64,000 bases of DNA from Candidatus Poribacteria bacterium (GCA_026710795.1 JAPOQK010000080.1:465-64464), one strand, 5' to 3'. Shown: positions 1 to 10,878, numbered from the stretch's first letter. Notes: generated by a model from the letters alone, not told the origin. Made by a program: numbers and translations.

Positions 1-583
1 CATAATCTTTGTTTAGTAACACCTCTTCAGCAATTGCATCAAGTAGTTCTTTTCCGTCTTTACTAAGGGTCGCGCTACCTGTTTCGAAAAGTATCTTCCC
101 TTTGACATCAAGCGTCAACCGTCCTGCTTCATCAAGGACAGCACCGACGGTGTCTTTAAATCTATCTTGGATAGCTGCAATTGATCGTTGCGATTGCTCT
201 CGTATCCGCTGTAACTCCGATTCAATCTTGGTCAATTTTGATCGGAGATTCTCTTTTTCTTTTTCAAGGCTGCTTTTATCTTGCTGAAGTTTGTTCCGTT
301 CAGCAGCAATTTTCCGTGCGGCTTCACTTGCATTTTCCAATATCTCTTTCGTCTGATTCAGTTCTGTTTCCGTTTCTTTAAGTGTCTTTTCAGTTTCAGC
401 TAACTTTTTTTCTAAACCGGTTTTCGCTGTCTCAGTTGTTTGTAGTGTTGTTTTGGTTGTAGACAGTTCTGCTTGCGTCTGTTTGAGTTCGTCAGATGTT
501 GAATATAGCAGAAATCCCAGAACGGCAGCTGCAACAACAGCAACGACTATAGATGTGATAGCAATTATTCCTTTTGTACCCAT
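1..583 (-). CDS. OmpA/MotB-like C-terminal domain protein with N-terminal TM helix and long coiled coil (partial, continues past window edge)
   Basis: Manual minus-strand translation from ATG at 583-581 gives MGTKGIIAITSIVVAVVAAAVLGFLLYST..., then ~130 aa of coiled coil (ELNQTKEILENASEAARKIAAERNKLQQDKSSLEKEKENLRSKLTKIESELQRIRE), then LTLDVKGKILFETGSATLSKDGKELLDAIAEEV, which resembles an OmpA-like domain start. AGGAGAA RBS (rc of 588-594). Not in ORF track because no stop falls inside the window. Confidence 0.55.
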   Translation of the reverse strand, partial: MGTKGIIAITSIVVAVVAAAVLGFLLYSTSDELKQTQAELSTTKTTLQTTETAKTGLEKKLAETEKTLKETETELNQTKEILENASEAARKIAAERNKLQQDKSSLEKEKENLRSKLTKIESELQRIREQSQRSIAAIQDRFKDTVGAVLDEAGRLTLDVKGKILFETGSATLSKDGKELLDAIAEEVLLNKDY

Positions 584-584
584 G

Positions 585-881
585 TTATTCTCCTTGTAAA
601 CTTAGTAGTGCATCAAAACTATCTTTCTTTGATGATTTATTCTTCTTTGTAGTGCCACAAGTGGTGCATTGGTGTGTTAACACATAAACTCGTTGTTTCA
701 TGGTAAATCCTACTGGTTTCATTAAACCTTGACATGTCTCAGCGCGATCTCCTGGATTCACGTCTACATGCTTGCTCCAAAGGCATTCTGGACAGTGATT
801 GGTGTAGCCATCACCCTTTACAAATACACCGCAATTCCCACAGGTAAAATTTTCAATGTTGCGTTGAAACTTTTTGTTCAT
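585..881 (-). CDS. RNHCP domain protein (Cys-rich, probable Zn-binding)
   Basis: 98 aa with CGNCG...YTNHCPEC...CTTCG motifs; the RNHCP signature is literally present. Sits 1 nt upstream of the OmpA-like gene, so likely an operon. Confidence 0.6.
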   Translation of the reverse strand: MNKKFQRNIENFTCGNCGVFVKGDGYTNHCPECLWSKHVDVNPGDRAETCQGLMKPVGFTMKQRVYVLTHQCTTCGTTKKNKSSKKDSFDALLSLQGE

Positions 882-913
882 TGGTTTAGTAGTTGTATTA
901 TCTAACAGAATTT

Positions 914-2950
914 CTACGTATCAATATAAGGTGTCAAATTCCAGAGTAGTACAGTGCCATCAAAGCTGCCACTTGCCAGAATAATGCCATCTGGTGAAAA
1001 CGTTAACGTTTCAATATCTGTTGTATGTCCCCAAAAAGTGTGTATGTTTTTACCAGTTTCAACATCCCACAATCGTATTGCCATTTTCTCCATTCCTTTA
1101 TCCCACCAAGTTCCTGAGGTTAGATACCGTCCACATGGTGAAAAGGCAAGTGCAAAAGGTTTTATAGTGATTCCTTGATGTGGGAATGACCTTAACAGTA
1201 TTAATTTTTCAGCACACCAAATATTGATCTCCCGTAACATCCCTCCAGCAATCACTTTTCTACATGGAGAATAAGCTAATGCCATTGAGAAGACAGGATT
1301 ATTCAAAGGTAATGTGGCAATTTCTTCACCTACGTCAACGTCCCAGAGACGGACAGATTTATCCGTTGCTCCACTTGCCAATCTTTTTCCATCTGGTGAA
1401 AATGCCAACGACTTGACGTGATCGGTATGTCCTGTAAATTGTCTTGGCACTTCACTGTGCTTGAGATCCCAGAGGTAGATTACCCCACTTTTTCCCGCAA
1501 AAGCAATGCGTTCTTCTGAAATGGCAATAGTGTCATTCCCTAACTGCGTAGGGGGTGCGAATTCAGTGATGGGAATCCCCTTTGCATTCCTAATCTTAAT
1601 CACCTTGTAGAGGTTGTGGTCGTGGTTCCAGTTGACAACAAGTATGTCTCCTCCGCGCAAAATTGAAAATGACTTAATACTATCATTGAATTCACTTTGG
1701 ACTGATATTCTCTGCGTCTGATTGTTCTTTATATTCCATAACACGATATCTCGTGTATCTCCCCGTAAGGCAAGTACTTCACCATCAATAAATTGGATCT
1801 TACGCGGAAAACAGATTGGTTCGCGAAGTGTTGAATAAGTTTGTGTTTTATTAGATATTTTCAGCTTGTTAGATAATGTGTAGACAATCGCTAACTTCGG
1901 ACATTTAGAAAACCATTTATAACCAATACTTTCACCAGGGAATTCATAAGTCTGTAGTTTTTCACGCTGTTCTACGTCCCATACCTCAATTGTTCCGCGT
2001 GTAAAAACGGTAGCAAGTAGCGTGCCATCCTGTAAATAAAAAGGTCTCCCATAGTCAACATAAGATTTTTTGAGCACATTCTTTTTTAGATCCCACATAA
2101 GTAGGGTGCGGCTCGTATCGCTTGATACGAGGAATTGACCACAAGGTGAAAACTTGATCGCTTTCACTAATTCCTTATGTTCGGTAAAGTGGGAGATGCG
2201 TTCACCTGACACGATATCCCACACAGAAACATCACTTGCAAAAGGAACAGATGTGGGATTATGTATTCTATATGAATTCTCACACGCCAACATACGACTA
2301 TCGGGAGAGAAAGCAATAATTCTTCCAGTAAACTTAGCAATTATTGTTCCCGCCATGGAATTCCACACGTAAATTTGATCCATTACAGAGGCTGCAATGT
2401 ATTGCCCTTCTGGAGAAAAATGGAGTTTTGAATTGTGATTTATCTGCTTATCATTTAATTCTCGTTCCATTTGTCCAATGCATTCACCGCTATGGACATC
2501 TAACATTTCAACAATACCATCACCATTTACAATTGCAATCATACAACTGTCCGGAGAAAATCTTAGATGTTTATATATCACACGGTCTTCTGACCTTTTT
2601 ATCTTGGTTATACATTCCCCATTCTGAATGTCTCGGATTATAATAAAACTGTTCCAATTGGCAAGTGCAATCAGTTTACCATCTGGTGAAATATCAACAG
2701 CGTAGATCATTCCTTGTTCCGTTTCCCAAAGAGCAATGGGGGACATTGAAGATACATCATACCACCAGAGTCCTATGCGTGTGCCGACAGCAAAGTATGT
2801 CTCATCAGGAGAGAGTGCTATCTCACTATTACCGATATGATCTTGGTATCCTTTTCCAAATCGTGTAATTGCATCTTCCGGCAATGCCCATGTTGCTCCT
2901 GTGGGGTCATTTGGGAGGAAATTCAATGGGGCAGGTTTTGGGTTTTGCAA
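914..2950 (-). CDS. WD40 / beta-propeller repeat protein
   Basis: 678 aa with many ~40-aa repeats ending in WD/WN, such as FSPDG..LASGS.DGT..LWD and LAFSPDGKRLASGATDKSVRLWDV. Confidence 0.85.
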   Translation of the reverse strand: MQNPKPAPLNFLPNDPTGATWALPEDAITRFGKGYQDHIGNSEIALSPDETYFAVGTRIGLWWYDVSSMSPIALWETEQGMIYAVDISPDGKLIALANWNSFIIIRDIQNGECITKIKRSEDRVIYKHLRFSPDSCMIAIVNGDGIVEMLDVHSGECIGQMERELNDKQINHNSKLHFSPEGQYIAASVMDQIYVWNSMAGTIIAKFTGRIIAFSPDSRMLACENSYRIHNPTSVPFASDVSVWDIVSGERISHFTEHKELVKAIKFSPCGQFLVSSDTSRTLLMWDLKKNVLKKSYVDYGRPFYLQDGTLLATVFTRGTIEVWDVEQREKLQTYEFPGESIGYKWFSKCPKLAIVYTLSNKLKISNKTQTYSTLREPICFPRKIQFIDGEVLALRGDTRDIVLWNIKNNQTQRISVQSEFNDSIKSFSILRGGDILVVNWNHDHNLYKVIKIRNAKGIPITEFAPPTQLGNDTIAISEERIAFAGKSGVIYLWDLKHSEVPRQFTGHTDHVKSLAFSPDGKRLASGATDKSVRLWDVDVGEEIATLPLNNPVFSMALAYSPCRKVIAGGMLREINIWCAEKLILLRSFPHQGITIKPFALAFSPCGRYLTSGTWWDKGMEKMAIRLWDVETGKNIHTFWGHTTDIETLTFSPDGIILASGSFDGTVLLWNLTPYIDT

Positions 2951-3012
2951 AGCATAGAATTCCTTTTATACATCGCTAAGTCACAGAGACTTTACGTTAC
3001 ATTGGTTTGTGA

Positions 3013-4251
3013 TTATAACTCGGCTCGTGTCATAAAAGTCGCATAGATAGCAGATGTCTTAATGAGATCCGGAATGAAGACACGTTCATTTATTGCATGA
3101 CCACCCTCACCCTTCGGACCATAACCAATTCCCGGCAATCCTTTATTCACAAAATAGTGTAAGTCTGTAAACCCTGCAGTACTCTTAAATTTCGGTTGGT
3201 TATATCGGACAGTCCGCACCGCATCAGCAAAGCCTTGTGCCAAAGTAGAATCAGTATCTGTCGAACAAGGTTCAATTCGTAGGATGGCGCGCACATCTAC
3301 TTTTAAATCCGGATAGTATTCACACGCCCCTGTAATTGCTTCTCGCAATTCAAGTTCTGCAAACTCCAGTTTTTCGTTCGGTATAACACGTCTATCTATA
3401 GAGAAAGTTAGTTTTGCTGGAACAGTGTTGACTTTATCTCCTTCAGTACCACGGAAGGTCCCACCAATGTTCATGGTTGGAAAACGTTCTCCACCATCAG
3501 GTAGTTTAAATGCGCGGTCAGGCAACTTCAAATCCCGTTTAACCCGTTGTAATGCTGAAACAAGTTCGGTAGTTTTTTCAAATGCATTAATCCCTTTGTC
3601 CGGTTGAGAACCGTGTGCTGCTTTTCCTTGCACCTCAATTTCCAACCATAACACCCCGTTATGTCCATTGCCGATGTTCATTTCTGAACCACCTTCACAG
3701 TTGACAACGTAGTCCGCGTTGACCAATTCCTTTTCGACAATATATCCTGCTCCCAACTGTCCACCTGTCTCCTCATCACAAGTAAACGAACATTCGATGT
3801 TAAACAATGGTTCAACATCACTCTCCTGAACAGCCTGAATTGCAAATAGCAGTGCAGCGATTGCATCCTTCATATCATCAGAACCACGTCCGTAAAGCCA
3901 TTCACCTTCAATCTTACCGCTAAATGGATCATCAAACTTCCATTCACCCGAAACTGGGACGACATCGTAGTGCGCGTTGAAATGCACTGTCTTTTCTGCC
4001 CCGACATCCCATCGTGCAATAAGGTTCAATCGTGGATGACTTGATGCGTTAGAAATCACTTGGTCTGCACGTTGTTTTGGTACCTTCACAATTCTTGTTT
4101 TCATTCCTAACGTCTTGCACTGCGCCTCAAGTAATGCAACAATCTCAGCGTAATTCTCTCCAGGTGGATTGACGGTAGGGATTTTAACAAGTTCTTGTAG
4201 CAAACTACACAACGCATCTTGATTGTCCTTAATATAGGATTGTACGGACAT
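3013..4251 (-). CDS. M20 family metallopeptidase (ArgE/DapE/CPG2-like)
   Basis: 412 aa; GRGSDDMK metal-binding motif and HFNAHYDVVP, typical of M20 peptidases. Confidence 0.8.
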   Translation of the reverse strand: MSVQSYIKDNQDALCSLLQELVKIPTVNPPGENYAEIVALLEAQCKTLGMKTRIVKVPKQRADQVISNASSHPRLNLIARWDVGAEKTVHFNAHYDVVPVSGEWKFDDPFSGKIEGEWLYGRGSDDMKDAIAALLFAIQAVQESDVEPLFNIECSFTCDEETGGQLGAGYIVEKELVNADYVVNCEGGSEMNIGNGHNGVLWLEIEVQGKAAHGSQPDKGINAFEKTTELVSALQRVKRDLKLPDRAFKLPDGGERFPTMNIGGTFRGTEGDKVNTVPAKLTFSIDRRVIPNEKLEFAELELREAITGACEYYPDLKVDVRAILRIEPCSTDTDSTLAQGFADAVRTVRYNQPKFKSTAGFTDLHYFVNKGLPGIGYGPKGEGGHAINERVFIPDLIKTSAIYATFMTRAEL

Positions 4252-4281
4252 GTCTAATGTCTCCTTTAGCGATTTTCCTGT

Positions 4282-4695
4282 TTAGGAAACAACCGCTTGA
4301 TCACCTGCTGACAAATGCGTAACCGTTTCACCTGTTTCTGTAAAGGTGCGGGTCACCTCAACAGAAGCATACGTCCACATAATTTTCATCGGGGCATCAC
4401 TTTCATTCCAAAACCGATGTGGGATCCCAGCAGGAACGAATGTAGTATCATAGGTATGCATTGTAAAGACATCACCATCAACTTCACAGGTCGCTTCACC
4501 TTCAAGAATCGTCACAGATTCATCGCAGTTATGGTAATGGCGTGCAATGGCTGCCCCTGGTTCAAATATTGTTATGCCGTTGGTGAGTGATGTTGAATTG
4601 AGCCATTTACCTGCTAAGGGTACCGTTTGGACACCAGTACCGCGGTCAATAGGTTTCTGTTTATCAAAATCAATTACATGTGCTTTTGTGCTCAT
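4282..4695 (-). CDS. cupin domain protein
   Basis: 137 aa; HYHNCDESVTILEGEATCEVDG, a cupin-2 His/Glu motif pair. Confidence 0.6.
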   Translation of the reverse strand: MSTKAHVIDFDKQKPIDRGTGVQTVPLAGKWLNSTSLTNGITIFEPGAAIARHYHNCDESVTILEGEATCEVDGDVFTMHTYDTTFVPAGIPHRFWNESDAPMKIMWTYASVEVTRTFTETGETVTHLSAGDQAVVS

Positions 4696-4795
4696 TTTTG
4701 GTAAGTCTCTTTCAGTCAGGATTTGTCATAGTTTCACATAAATAGACTATAATTTCAACAGGTTATTTGTTAATTATGATACGATGAATAAACAA

Positions 4796-5962
4796 TTAGA
4801 ATGAACTGAACACATTTTTAAACCCGCGCAAGGCATGTTCTATATCTCTATCTGTGTGCGTTGCCATCACGGTAACACGTAGACGACTTGTCCCTGTTGG
4901 CACAGCAGGAGGACGAATTGCAGGTGCAAACACATCTTCTGCCAGTAGTGCTTGGGTAATGTCCGTTGCGAGTTGCGGTTCACCTAATACCACAGGTATA
5001 ATTTGGGTCTGACTCGGAAGTAGCGTATATCCTATTTTTGTCAACGTTGTTTTGACTGTATCTGCATGTTCAAGTAAGCGTTTACGTAATTTTGATGAAG
5101 AACGCATAACATTCAGTGCTGTATTGGCTGCTGCTAAGGTTGCGGGTGGAAGTCCTGTCGTAAAAATAAAGCCGCGTCCTCGGTTGATGAGCAATTCAAT
5201 CAATACCTGACTCCCCGCAACATATCCACCCATACCCCCTACTGCCTTGCTGAGCGTACCCATCTGTATAATATCTTGTCCATCTAATCCGCAGTGGGAT
5301 ACAGTACCACTCCCACTTTTTCCCAATACACCAAATCCGTGTGCGTCATCTACCAGCATCATCGCATCGTAAGTCGTTGCGACTTCGTATATATCGCGTA
5401 ACGGTGCAATATCACCATCCATACTGAATACACCATCTGTCACAATGAGTCGTCGCCTAAAACCAGTAGCCTCCGATAACAGTGTCATTAAGTGTTCAAC
5501 ATCACAGTGTCGGTATACTTTTTTCGTAGCACGACTGAGACGACATCCATCAATAATGCTTGCGTGATTCAGCGCATCACTTAAAATAAGATCATTTTCC
5601 CCCGCAAGCACAGGAATTATACTTATATTCGCGGCATAACCTGAGCTAAACACGAGTGCTGCTTCAGTTCCTTTTGTTTTCGCTAAGTTGCTTTCCAAAG
5701 TTTCGTAGATTGTGTTATTTCCAGAAATAAGACGAGAACCGCTTGCACCTGTGCCATATACCATTGCTGCATTGGCTGCTGCCGACATAACCTTGGGATG
5801 TGTGCTCAAACCCAAATAATTGTTTGACCCAAGCATCACAACATAGCGTCCATCAAGAGTGACTGTGTTTTGGGGAGGACTCATTACGGTGCGTAGGTTA
5901 CGTGCTAATCCTGCTTTTTCAAGCTCAGCGTACTCTGTTTGCAGCCAGTCATATTGTTTCAT
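4796..5962 (-). CDS. alpha-oxoamine synthase family PLP enzyme (8-amino-7-oxononanoate synthase / 2-amino-3-ketobutyrate CoA ligase-like)
   Basis: 388 aa; GTLSKAVGGMGGYVAG carries the PLP-lysine motif of BioF/Kbl/SPT. Length fits BioF best, but no other bio genes are nearby. Confidence 0.75.
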   Translation of the reverse strand: MKQYDWLQTEYAELEKAGLARNLRTVMSPPQNTVTLDGRYVVMLGSNNYLGLSTHPKVMSAAANAAMVYGTGASGSRLISGNNTIYETLESNLAKTKGTEAALVFSSGYAANISIIPVLAGENDLILSDALNHASIIDGCRLSRATKKVYRHCDVEHLMTLLSEATGFRRRLIVTDGVFSMDGDIAPLRDIYEVATTYDAMMLVDDAHGFGVLGKSGSGTVSHCGLDGQDIIQMGTLSKAVGGMGGYVAGSQVLIELLINRGRGFIFTTGLPPATLAAANTALNVMRSSSKLRKRLLEHADTVKTTLTKIGYTLLPSQTQIIPVVLGEPQLATDITQALLAEDVFAPAIRPPAVPTGTSRLRVTVMATHTDRDIEHALRGFKNVFSSF

Positions 5963-5966
5963 GCAG

Positions 5967-6920
5967 CTACCCGATGAATTGTCTTAAGAAGATATGACTC
6001 TGTCTTAACGCACGTTGTCGCGATGCCAATGTTCCTTCATAGGCGCGATCTTCTACCTCAACACAGACTGCACCGTCATAACCGGTATCGTTAAGAGTAG
6101 AGAAAAAACTACCCCAGTTGACATCTCCAAGACCTGGAAGTTTCGGTGTGTGATACGCAAGCGGAGTTGCGAGGATACCAACTTCATCAAGTCTTTCTCT
6201 GTCTAATCGCACATCTTTTGCGTGCACATGAAAGATGCGATCAGCGAAAGTAGCAAGCGGTTTCAGGTAATCCATTTGGAGCCAGATAAAATGGGATGGG
6301 TCATAGTTGAGTCCAAAGTTTGGGGAAGGAATCTCCTCAAACATCCGTTCCCAGATTGCGGGAGAATAAGCAAGGTTTTGCCCAGCAGGCCACTCATCTT
6401 CTGTGAAAAACATTGGACAATTCTCAATACCGATACGAATACCATTATCCTCTGCAAATTGGATAAGTGGTTTCCACACCTGCTTGAACCGTTGCCAATT
6501 GTCGTCTATTGTGCGTGTCTGATCTCTACCGATGAAGGTATTTACAATGTCTACTGAGAGTCGTTTTGCTGCCAGTATCAGTTTTTTAAGGTGTTCACTA
6601 TAGACATTTGCTTCCGTTTCGTTAGGTGTTAGTGGATTCGGGTAATAGCCTAAACCACTAATCGTTATCCCAGCATCCGATACACATTGTAAGATTTCTT
6701 CTACTTCTGCATCTGAAAGAGATGCTACATCTATATGTGTTACCCCGGCATAACGTCGTTCCGCTTTCCCTTTGGGCCAACACATCAATTCTACACAATC
6801 GAACCCTGTGTCTGCAGCGAATTTGACTACCTGCGGTAATGTTTTGTCAGGCAAAATTGCACTTACAAATCCGAGTTTCATACACTCCTCCAAGTCGTTT
6901 TTTAACATTATACTACGCAA
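5967..6920 (-). CDS. sugar phosphate isomerase/epimerase (xylose-isomerase-like TIM barrel)
   Basis: 317 aa; FDCVEL...HVHAKD...IENCP pattern of the AP-endonuclease-2 / xylose-isomerase-like TIM family. Confidence 0.7.
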   Translation of the reverse strand: MRSIMLKNDLEECMKLGFVSAILPDKTLPQVVKFAADTGFDCVELMCWPKGKAERRYAGVTHIDVASLSDAEVEEILQCVSDAGITISGLGYYPNPLTPNETEANVYSEHLKKLILAAKRLSVDIVNTFIGRDQTRTIDDNWQRFKQVWKPLIQFAEDNGIRIGIENCPMFFTEDEWPAGQNLAYSPAIWERMFEEIPSPNFGLNYDPSHFIWLQMDYLKPLATFADRIFHVHAKDVRLDRERLDEVGILATPLAYHTPKLPGLGDVNWGSFFSTLNDTGYDGAVCVEVEDRAYEGTLASRQRALRQSHIFLRQFIG

Positions 6921-7264
6921 TTGACAATTTTTGGAGTTTTTTCAATGACTGCAATATGAATTCGTCCTACTCGTCTCGTTTCCTTGACAAACCTTACGAA
7001 GAGACATTAAAATTATGCAAAAACTTAGTGAACATAATACTCTCGTTGATTTCGGTGCCAAGTGTCTATTTGTTCTTATGTTGTAGTATAAACTTTTAGA
7101 TAGTGTAGAGAGTGTGCGTACTAAGAATTTACGCTAATATTTGTGGTAAAATAGTAATTTATTTCGCTATAATCCGTTATCTCTTCAATTTGAGACATTA
7201 ATTTCGTTTCAAAATATAAAGGTATATGATACAATTCATACCAAATGTGGTATAGGAGGATATA

Positions 7265-8080
7265 GTGACTCCGAAACAACGATACCTCTTCGATTTAACA
7301 GGATATCTTCATTTACAAAACGTACTAAGCGAAGAGGAATTGCAAAATGCACAGGATGCTGTTGAACGATGCGTCCAAACACCTCCAGATGAACTCCCAC
7401 CCGGTATTAGTTATGGTGGAGGTGGATTTTCCAACGGGTTTTCGTTTGATAAGTCGCTTGAGGCACTCACACTTCATCCAAAGACTTGGTCTATTGTCAA
7501 AGAGTTGACCAGCAACAGACCACGTTTCAATCGTGGGTCTCTGGTTGCCAAAGGTCCTGAGCATGATCAGGCTATAGGTAAACTACACTGTGCCCGTGAG
7601 GATTGTGGTTGGCAAACACGACGCTACGTTGCTAAAAATGGGAAAATTCACAACAACGACTTTGCCATCTTTTTCTATTTTACCGATGTCTATCCCGGCG
7701 ATGGTGGTTTAGTCGTCTTACCGGGTTCTCATAAAGCGAACTTTGAACGTCCAGAAGGGATTTTCTTCCCCGATCCAGACAATCCCTCAAATGAACTTCA
7801 TCCTGCTCTTGTAAATGTTACCGCACGTGCCGGTGACGCAATCGTCATGTCAGAATTGCTAACACATGGCGTTTTAATATGGAAACCGAAGGAACGGTAT
7901 AGGCGATTTATCATCTTACGTTACAAGACGCAATTTTTTGAAGATAATAGAGGGAAAAGAGATGCTTTTCCACCTGAAGTAATGGAACGGCTTTCTCCTG
8001 AAACACGTGAACTCACGCAACCTGCACATTATACACATACCAAGGAAATAGTTAAACAGGAACATGTCCAATTAACCTAA
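7265..8080 (+). CDS. phytanoyl-CoA dioxygenase (PhyH) family Fe(II)/2OG oxygenase, paralog 1
   Basis: 271 aa; GTG start with AGGAGGA RBS. LHCAREDCGW...VLPGSHKANFERP...MSELLTHG matches the PhyH fold. About 45% identical to the next gene. Confidence 0.75.
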   Translation: MTPKQRYLFDLTGYLHLQNVLSEEELQNAQDAVERCVQTPPDELPPGISYGGGGFSNGFSFDKSLEALTLHPKTWSIVKELTSNRPRFNRGSLVAKGPEHDQAIGKLHCAREDCGWQTRRYVAKNGKIHNNDFAIFFYFTDVYPGDGGLVVLPGSHKANFERPEGIFFPDPDNPSNELHPALVNVTARAGDAIVMSELLTHGVLIWKPKERYRRFIILRYKTQFFEDNRGKRDAFPPEVMERLSPETRELTQPAHYTHTKEIVKQEHVQLT

Positions 8081-8091
8081 AAGGAACGAAA

Positions 8092-8931
8092 ATGACACCA
8101 GAACAACGTTACCTATTTGACGTTACAGGTTATCTACACATACAGAATGCTGTTACGGGTGATGCCCTAAAAGCAGCACAAGAGGCTGTTGACAGATATA
8201 TTCACATGCCACTTGACGAACGTCCTGAAGGATTTACGACACGCCCACGTGATTTAGAACCCGGCAAAGGCGGCAGATACGAACACGGATATGCCTTTGA
8301 TCGATCGCTTGAAGCGATGACGGTGCATCCCGCTATATGGTCACTCATCAAAGAATTTACCTTTGATATGCCGAGGTTTGTATCGGGGACTCTCACACTG
8401 GAGCAGCACAATCCAGACAGACAACCGATGGGAACAAATCCAGCAGGTTTGCATTGTGCACGTGAAGGTCGCCACTGGCTTACACGATATGAGGTTAAGA
8501 ATCAACAAATCTACTGCAACGATTTTGTTGCGTTCTTCTACTTGACAGATGTTAATCCTGGTGATGGTGGACTTATTGTTATACCCGGCTCACATAAGAG
8601 TCAATTCGAGCGACCTGAAGACCTACTGACACCCGGACCTGATGGCATTGATCCAGAATCCGATGATGTTTTCACCAATATCACACCGAAGGCAGGCGAT
8701 TTTGTTGTGATTTCCGAACTTTTGACACACGGTGTTTTGCAGTGGAGACCGAAGGATAGGGATAGACGGTTCCTCATTCTTCGGTATCGTCCGCAATATG
8801 AAGGCAAGTCGGGAATACCCGAACCAATCTTTGAGCGTCTGTCCCCAGAGGTACAGGAATTGACCAAAACTGCATCTTATGGACATACTAAGGAAATTGT
8901 CAATCAAGATGTTGTCCAGTTAACCGCTTAA
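8092..8931 (+). CDS. phytanoyl-CoA dioxygenase (PhyH) family protein, paralog 2
   Basis: 279 aa; MTPEQRYLFDVTGYLHIQN parallels MTPKQRYLFDLTGYLHLQN of the upstream gene; IVIPGSHKSQFERPED. Tandem paralog. Confidence 0.75.
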   Translation: MTPEQRYLFDVTGYLHIQNAVTGDALKAAQEAVDRYIHMPLDERPEGFTTRPRDLEPGKGGRYEHGYAFDRSLEAMTVHPAIWSLIKEFTFDMPRFVSGTLTLEQHNPDRQPMGTNPAGLHCAREGRHWLTRYEVKNQQIYCNDFVAFFYLTDVNPGDGGLIVIPGSHKSQFERPEDLLTPGPDGIDPESDDVFTNITPKAGDFVVISELLTHGVLQWRPKDRDRRFLILRYRPQYEGKSGIPEPIFERLSPEVQELTKTASYGHTKEIVNQDVVQLTA

Positions 8932-8958
8932 TTGAATATTTATGAGGGAGGAATTCCG

Positions 8959-10002
8959 ATGGAAACCACTCAATACCGCGTATGCATTGTTGGCTGTGGA
9001 CGGATGGGCGGCACCATTGATGAAGAAGTTAGCGGAACGCCGCACGGTGCACTACCGTATTCGCATGCTGCAGGATATACCGCTTATGAACGAACAGAAC
9101 TTGTCGCTGCCGCAGATGTAGTTGAAGAGAAAGCGAAGCACGTTTGCGACAAATGGGACATTCCAAAATACTACCTTGACTATCAAGAGATGATAACACA
9201 GGAAAAACCTGATATCATCAGTATTGCAACGCGTCCGGGTAACCATGCAGAAATCACTCAATTTGCCGCTGAAAACGGTGTGAAAGGTATATATTGCGAT
9301 AAACCCCTTTGTGCATCTATGGAAGAGGCGGATGCGATGCTTGAGGTCTGTGAGAAATACAATATAAAATTTAATCTTGGCACACAGCGTCGTTTTACAC
9401 CTGGCTATATCAAGATGCGTGAAATACTTGAGAGTGGACAAATTGGAGACAGACGTTCAATCATTTCTTATACGGGTGGTTCTGCCTTATGGGGTTATAC
9501 ACATGCTGCCGACTTGATACTCTTTTTAGCCAGTGATTCAGAGATAGATTATGTTCAGGGCAACGTCGCTGTTGATGATGCTGACTTTGAGGATAATCAA
9601 ACTGAATCGGATCCGGGTATTGTTATGGGGTACATCCGTTTTAAGAATGGCATCCACGGTATTAGCATTCTCGGTACTGCTTACGAATTTGAGGTGAATT
9701 GTAGTGAAGGCACAGTTCGTTCTCTCAACAACGGTCTCGGTTTTCAACTCCGTAAACGTCAGGGGCAATATAGTGAAATTTTAGATACACAATTCCCGCC
9801 TTTTGAACGCAAAAGTGGCACCGTCGGATGCATTGAGGACATTGTAGAGGCAATTGACACCGATACTGAAACACAAGGTAATATCCAACTGGCACATCGC
9901 AGCACCGAAATGGTCTTTGCCATAGTAGATTCTCAACGTCAGAAGGGCATGCGTGTGCCGATTCCTATGGAAAACCGAGGACTCTACCTCGGTAGGTGGT
10001 AA
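8959..10002 (+). CDS. Gfo/Idh/MocA family NAD(P)-dependent oxidoreductase
   Basis: N-terminal Rossmann motif VCIVGCGRMGG and GYTAYERTELVAAAD. Start placed at METTQY (GGAGG RBS) rather than the track start at 8932. Confidence 0.75.
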   Translation: METTQYRVCIVGCGRMGGTIDEEVSGTPHGALPYSHAAGYTAYERTELVAAADVVEEKAKHVCDKWDIPKYYLDYQEMITQEKPDIISIATRPGNHAEITQFAAENGVKGIYCDKPLCASMEEADAMLEVCEKYNIKFNLGTQRRFTPGYIKMREILESGQIGDRRSIISYTGGSALWGYTHAADLILFLASDSEIDYVQGNVAVDDADFEDNQTESDPGIVMGYIRFKNGIHGISILGTAYEFEVNCSEGTVRSLNNGLGFQLRKRQGQYSEILDTQFPPFERKSGTVGCIEDIVEAIDTDTETQGNIQLAHRSTEMVFAIVDSQRQKGMRVPIPMENRGLYLGRW

Positions 10003-10005
10003 CCA

Positions 10006-10812
10006 ATGATTACAAAATTCAAAAAAGTAGTAGGCACAGTCCGTGTGCCGAAATCCATAAAAATTTGCTCAGTCGTTGTAGGTATACTGTTTCTGTCAAT
10101 CTATGTAACAACTTCACCGCATGGTGATTCGCATTCAAAAAAGGACATGACACGACCCGTAAGTACACTTTATGAACAACGTGCTCCCAGTAGAGATGGG
10201 ATCGGTAAGATTTACATGGGTCGTGAAATATCGCAGGTGATGGGACATCTCGCTGCCGGATGGTTAGAACGTCCTGAACGCGAACGTGAAGAGATGCCAA
10301 ATCTTCTCATCGAATCGTTGAAACTAAAGGAGGGAGATGTCGTTGCTGATATAGGTGTTGGCACAGGTTATATTGCACGACGCATTTCACCCGTTATCGG
10401 TAATACTGGCACTATCTACGGGGTTGAAATTCAGCAGGAGATGCTTGATATCCTCGCTGAGAAGATGACAGAAGAAGGTATTACAAACATCAAAGGGATA
10501 TTAGGCACAATTACCGATCCGAAGTTGCCACCGAATTCAGTTGATCTCGTCATTATGGTAGATGTCTACCACGAATTTTCGCATCCGTATGAGATGATGA
10601 AGAATATCTGTCGTGGTCTCAAAATTGGTGGTAGAGTTGCGTTTGTAGAATACCGTTTGGAAGATGACAATGTGCCGATCAAACGTCTTCACAAGATGAG
10701 TGAGTTACAGGTGATAAAGGAGGCGACACCGCATCCGTTGTCTTGGGTAGAGACGATTGATAGTCTGCCGTGGCAGCATATTATCATTTTTGAGAAGGTT
10801 GCTGTAGAATAA
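10006..10812 (+). CDS. class I SAM-dependent methyltransferase with N-terminal membrane anchor
   Basis: VADIGVGTGYIARRISP is a motif I GxGxG; hydrophobic N-terminus ICSVVVGILFLSIYVTT. Confidence 0.7.
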   Translation: MITKFKKVVGTVRVPKSIKICSVVVGILFLSIYVTTSPHGDSHSKKDMTRPVSTLYEQRAPSRDGIGKIYMGREISQVMGHLAAGWLERPEREREEMPNLLIESLKLKEGDVVADIGVGTGYIARRISPVIGNTGTIYGVEIQQEMLDILAEKMTEEGITNIKGILGTITDPKLPPNSVDLVIMVDVYHEFSHPYEMMKNICRGLKIGGRVAFVEYRLEDDNVPIKRLHKMSELQVIKEATPHPLSWVETIDSLPWQHIIIFEKVAVE

Positions 10813-10851
10813 AGATGAGAAATTAATTGACATTAAAACCGATTACGCCTT

Positions 10852-10878
10852 AAAATGGCACAACCATTTTAAACTTTT
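10852..10878 (+). terminator. terminator-like hairpin after SAM-MTase gene
   Basis: AAAATGG-cacaa-CCATTTT followed by AAACTTTTT. Confidence 0.45.

Noticed and set aside
9-381. Plus-strand ORFs 9-287 and 181-381 from the track
   Set aside because: They lie antisense to a much more convincing minus-strand OmpA-like coiled-coil gene (1-583) and have low-complexity translations.
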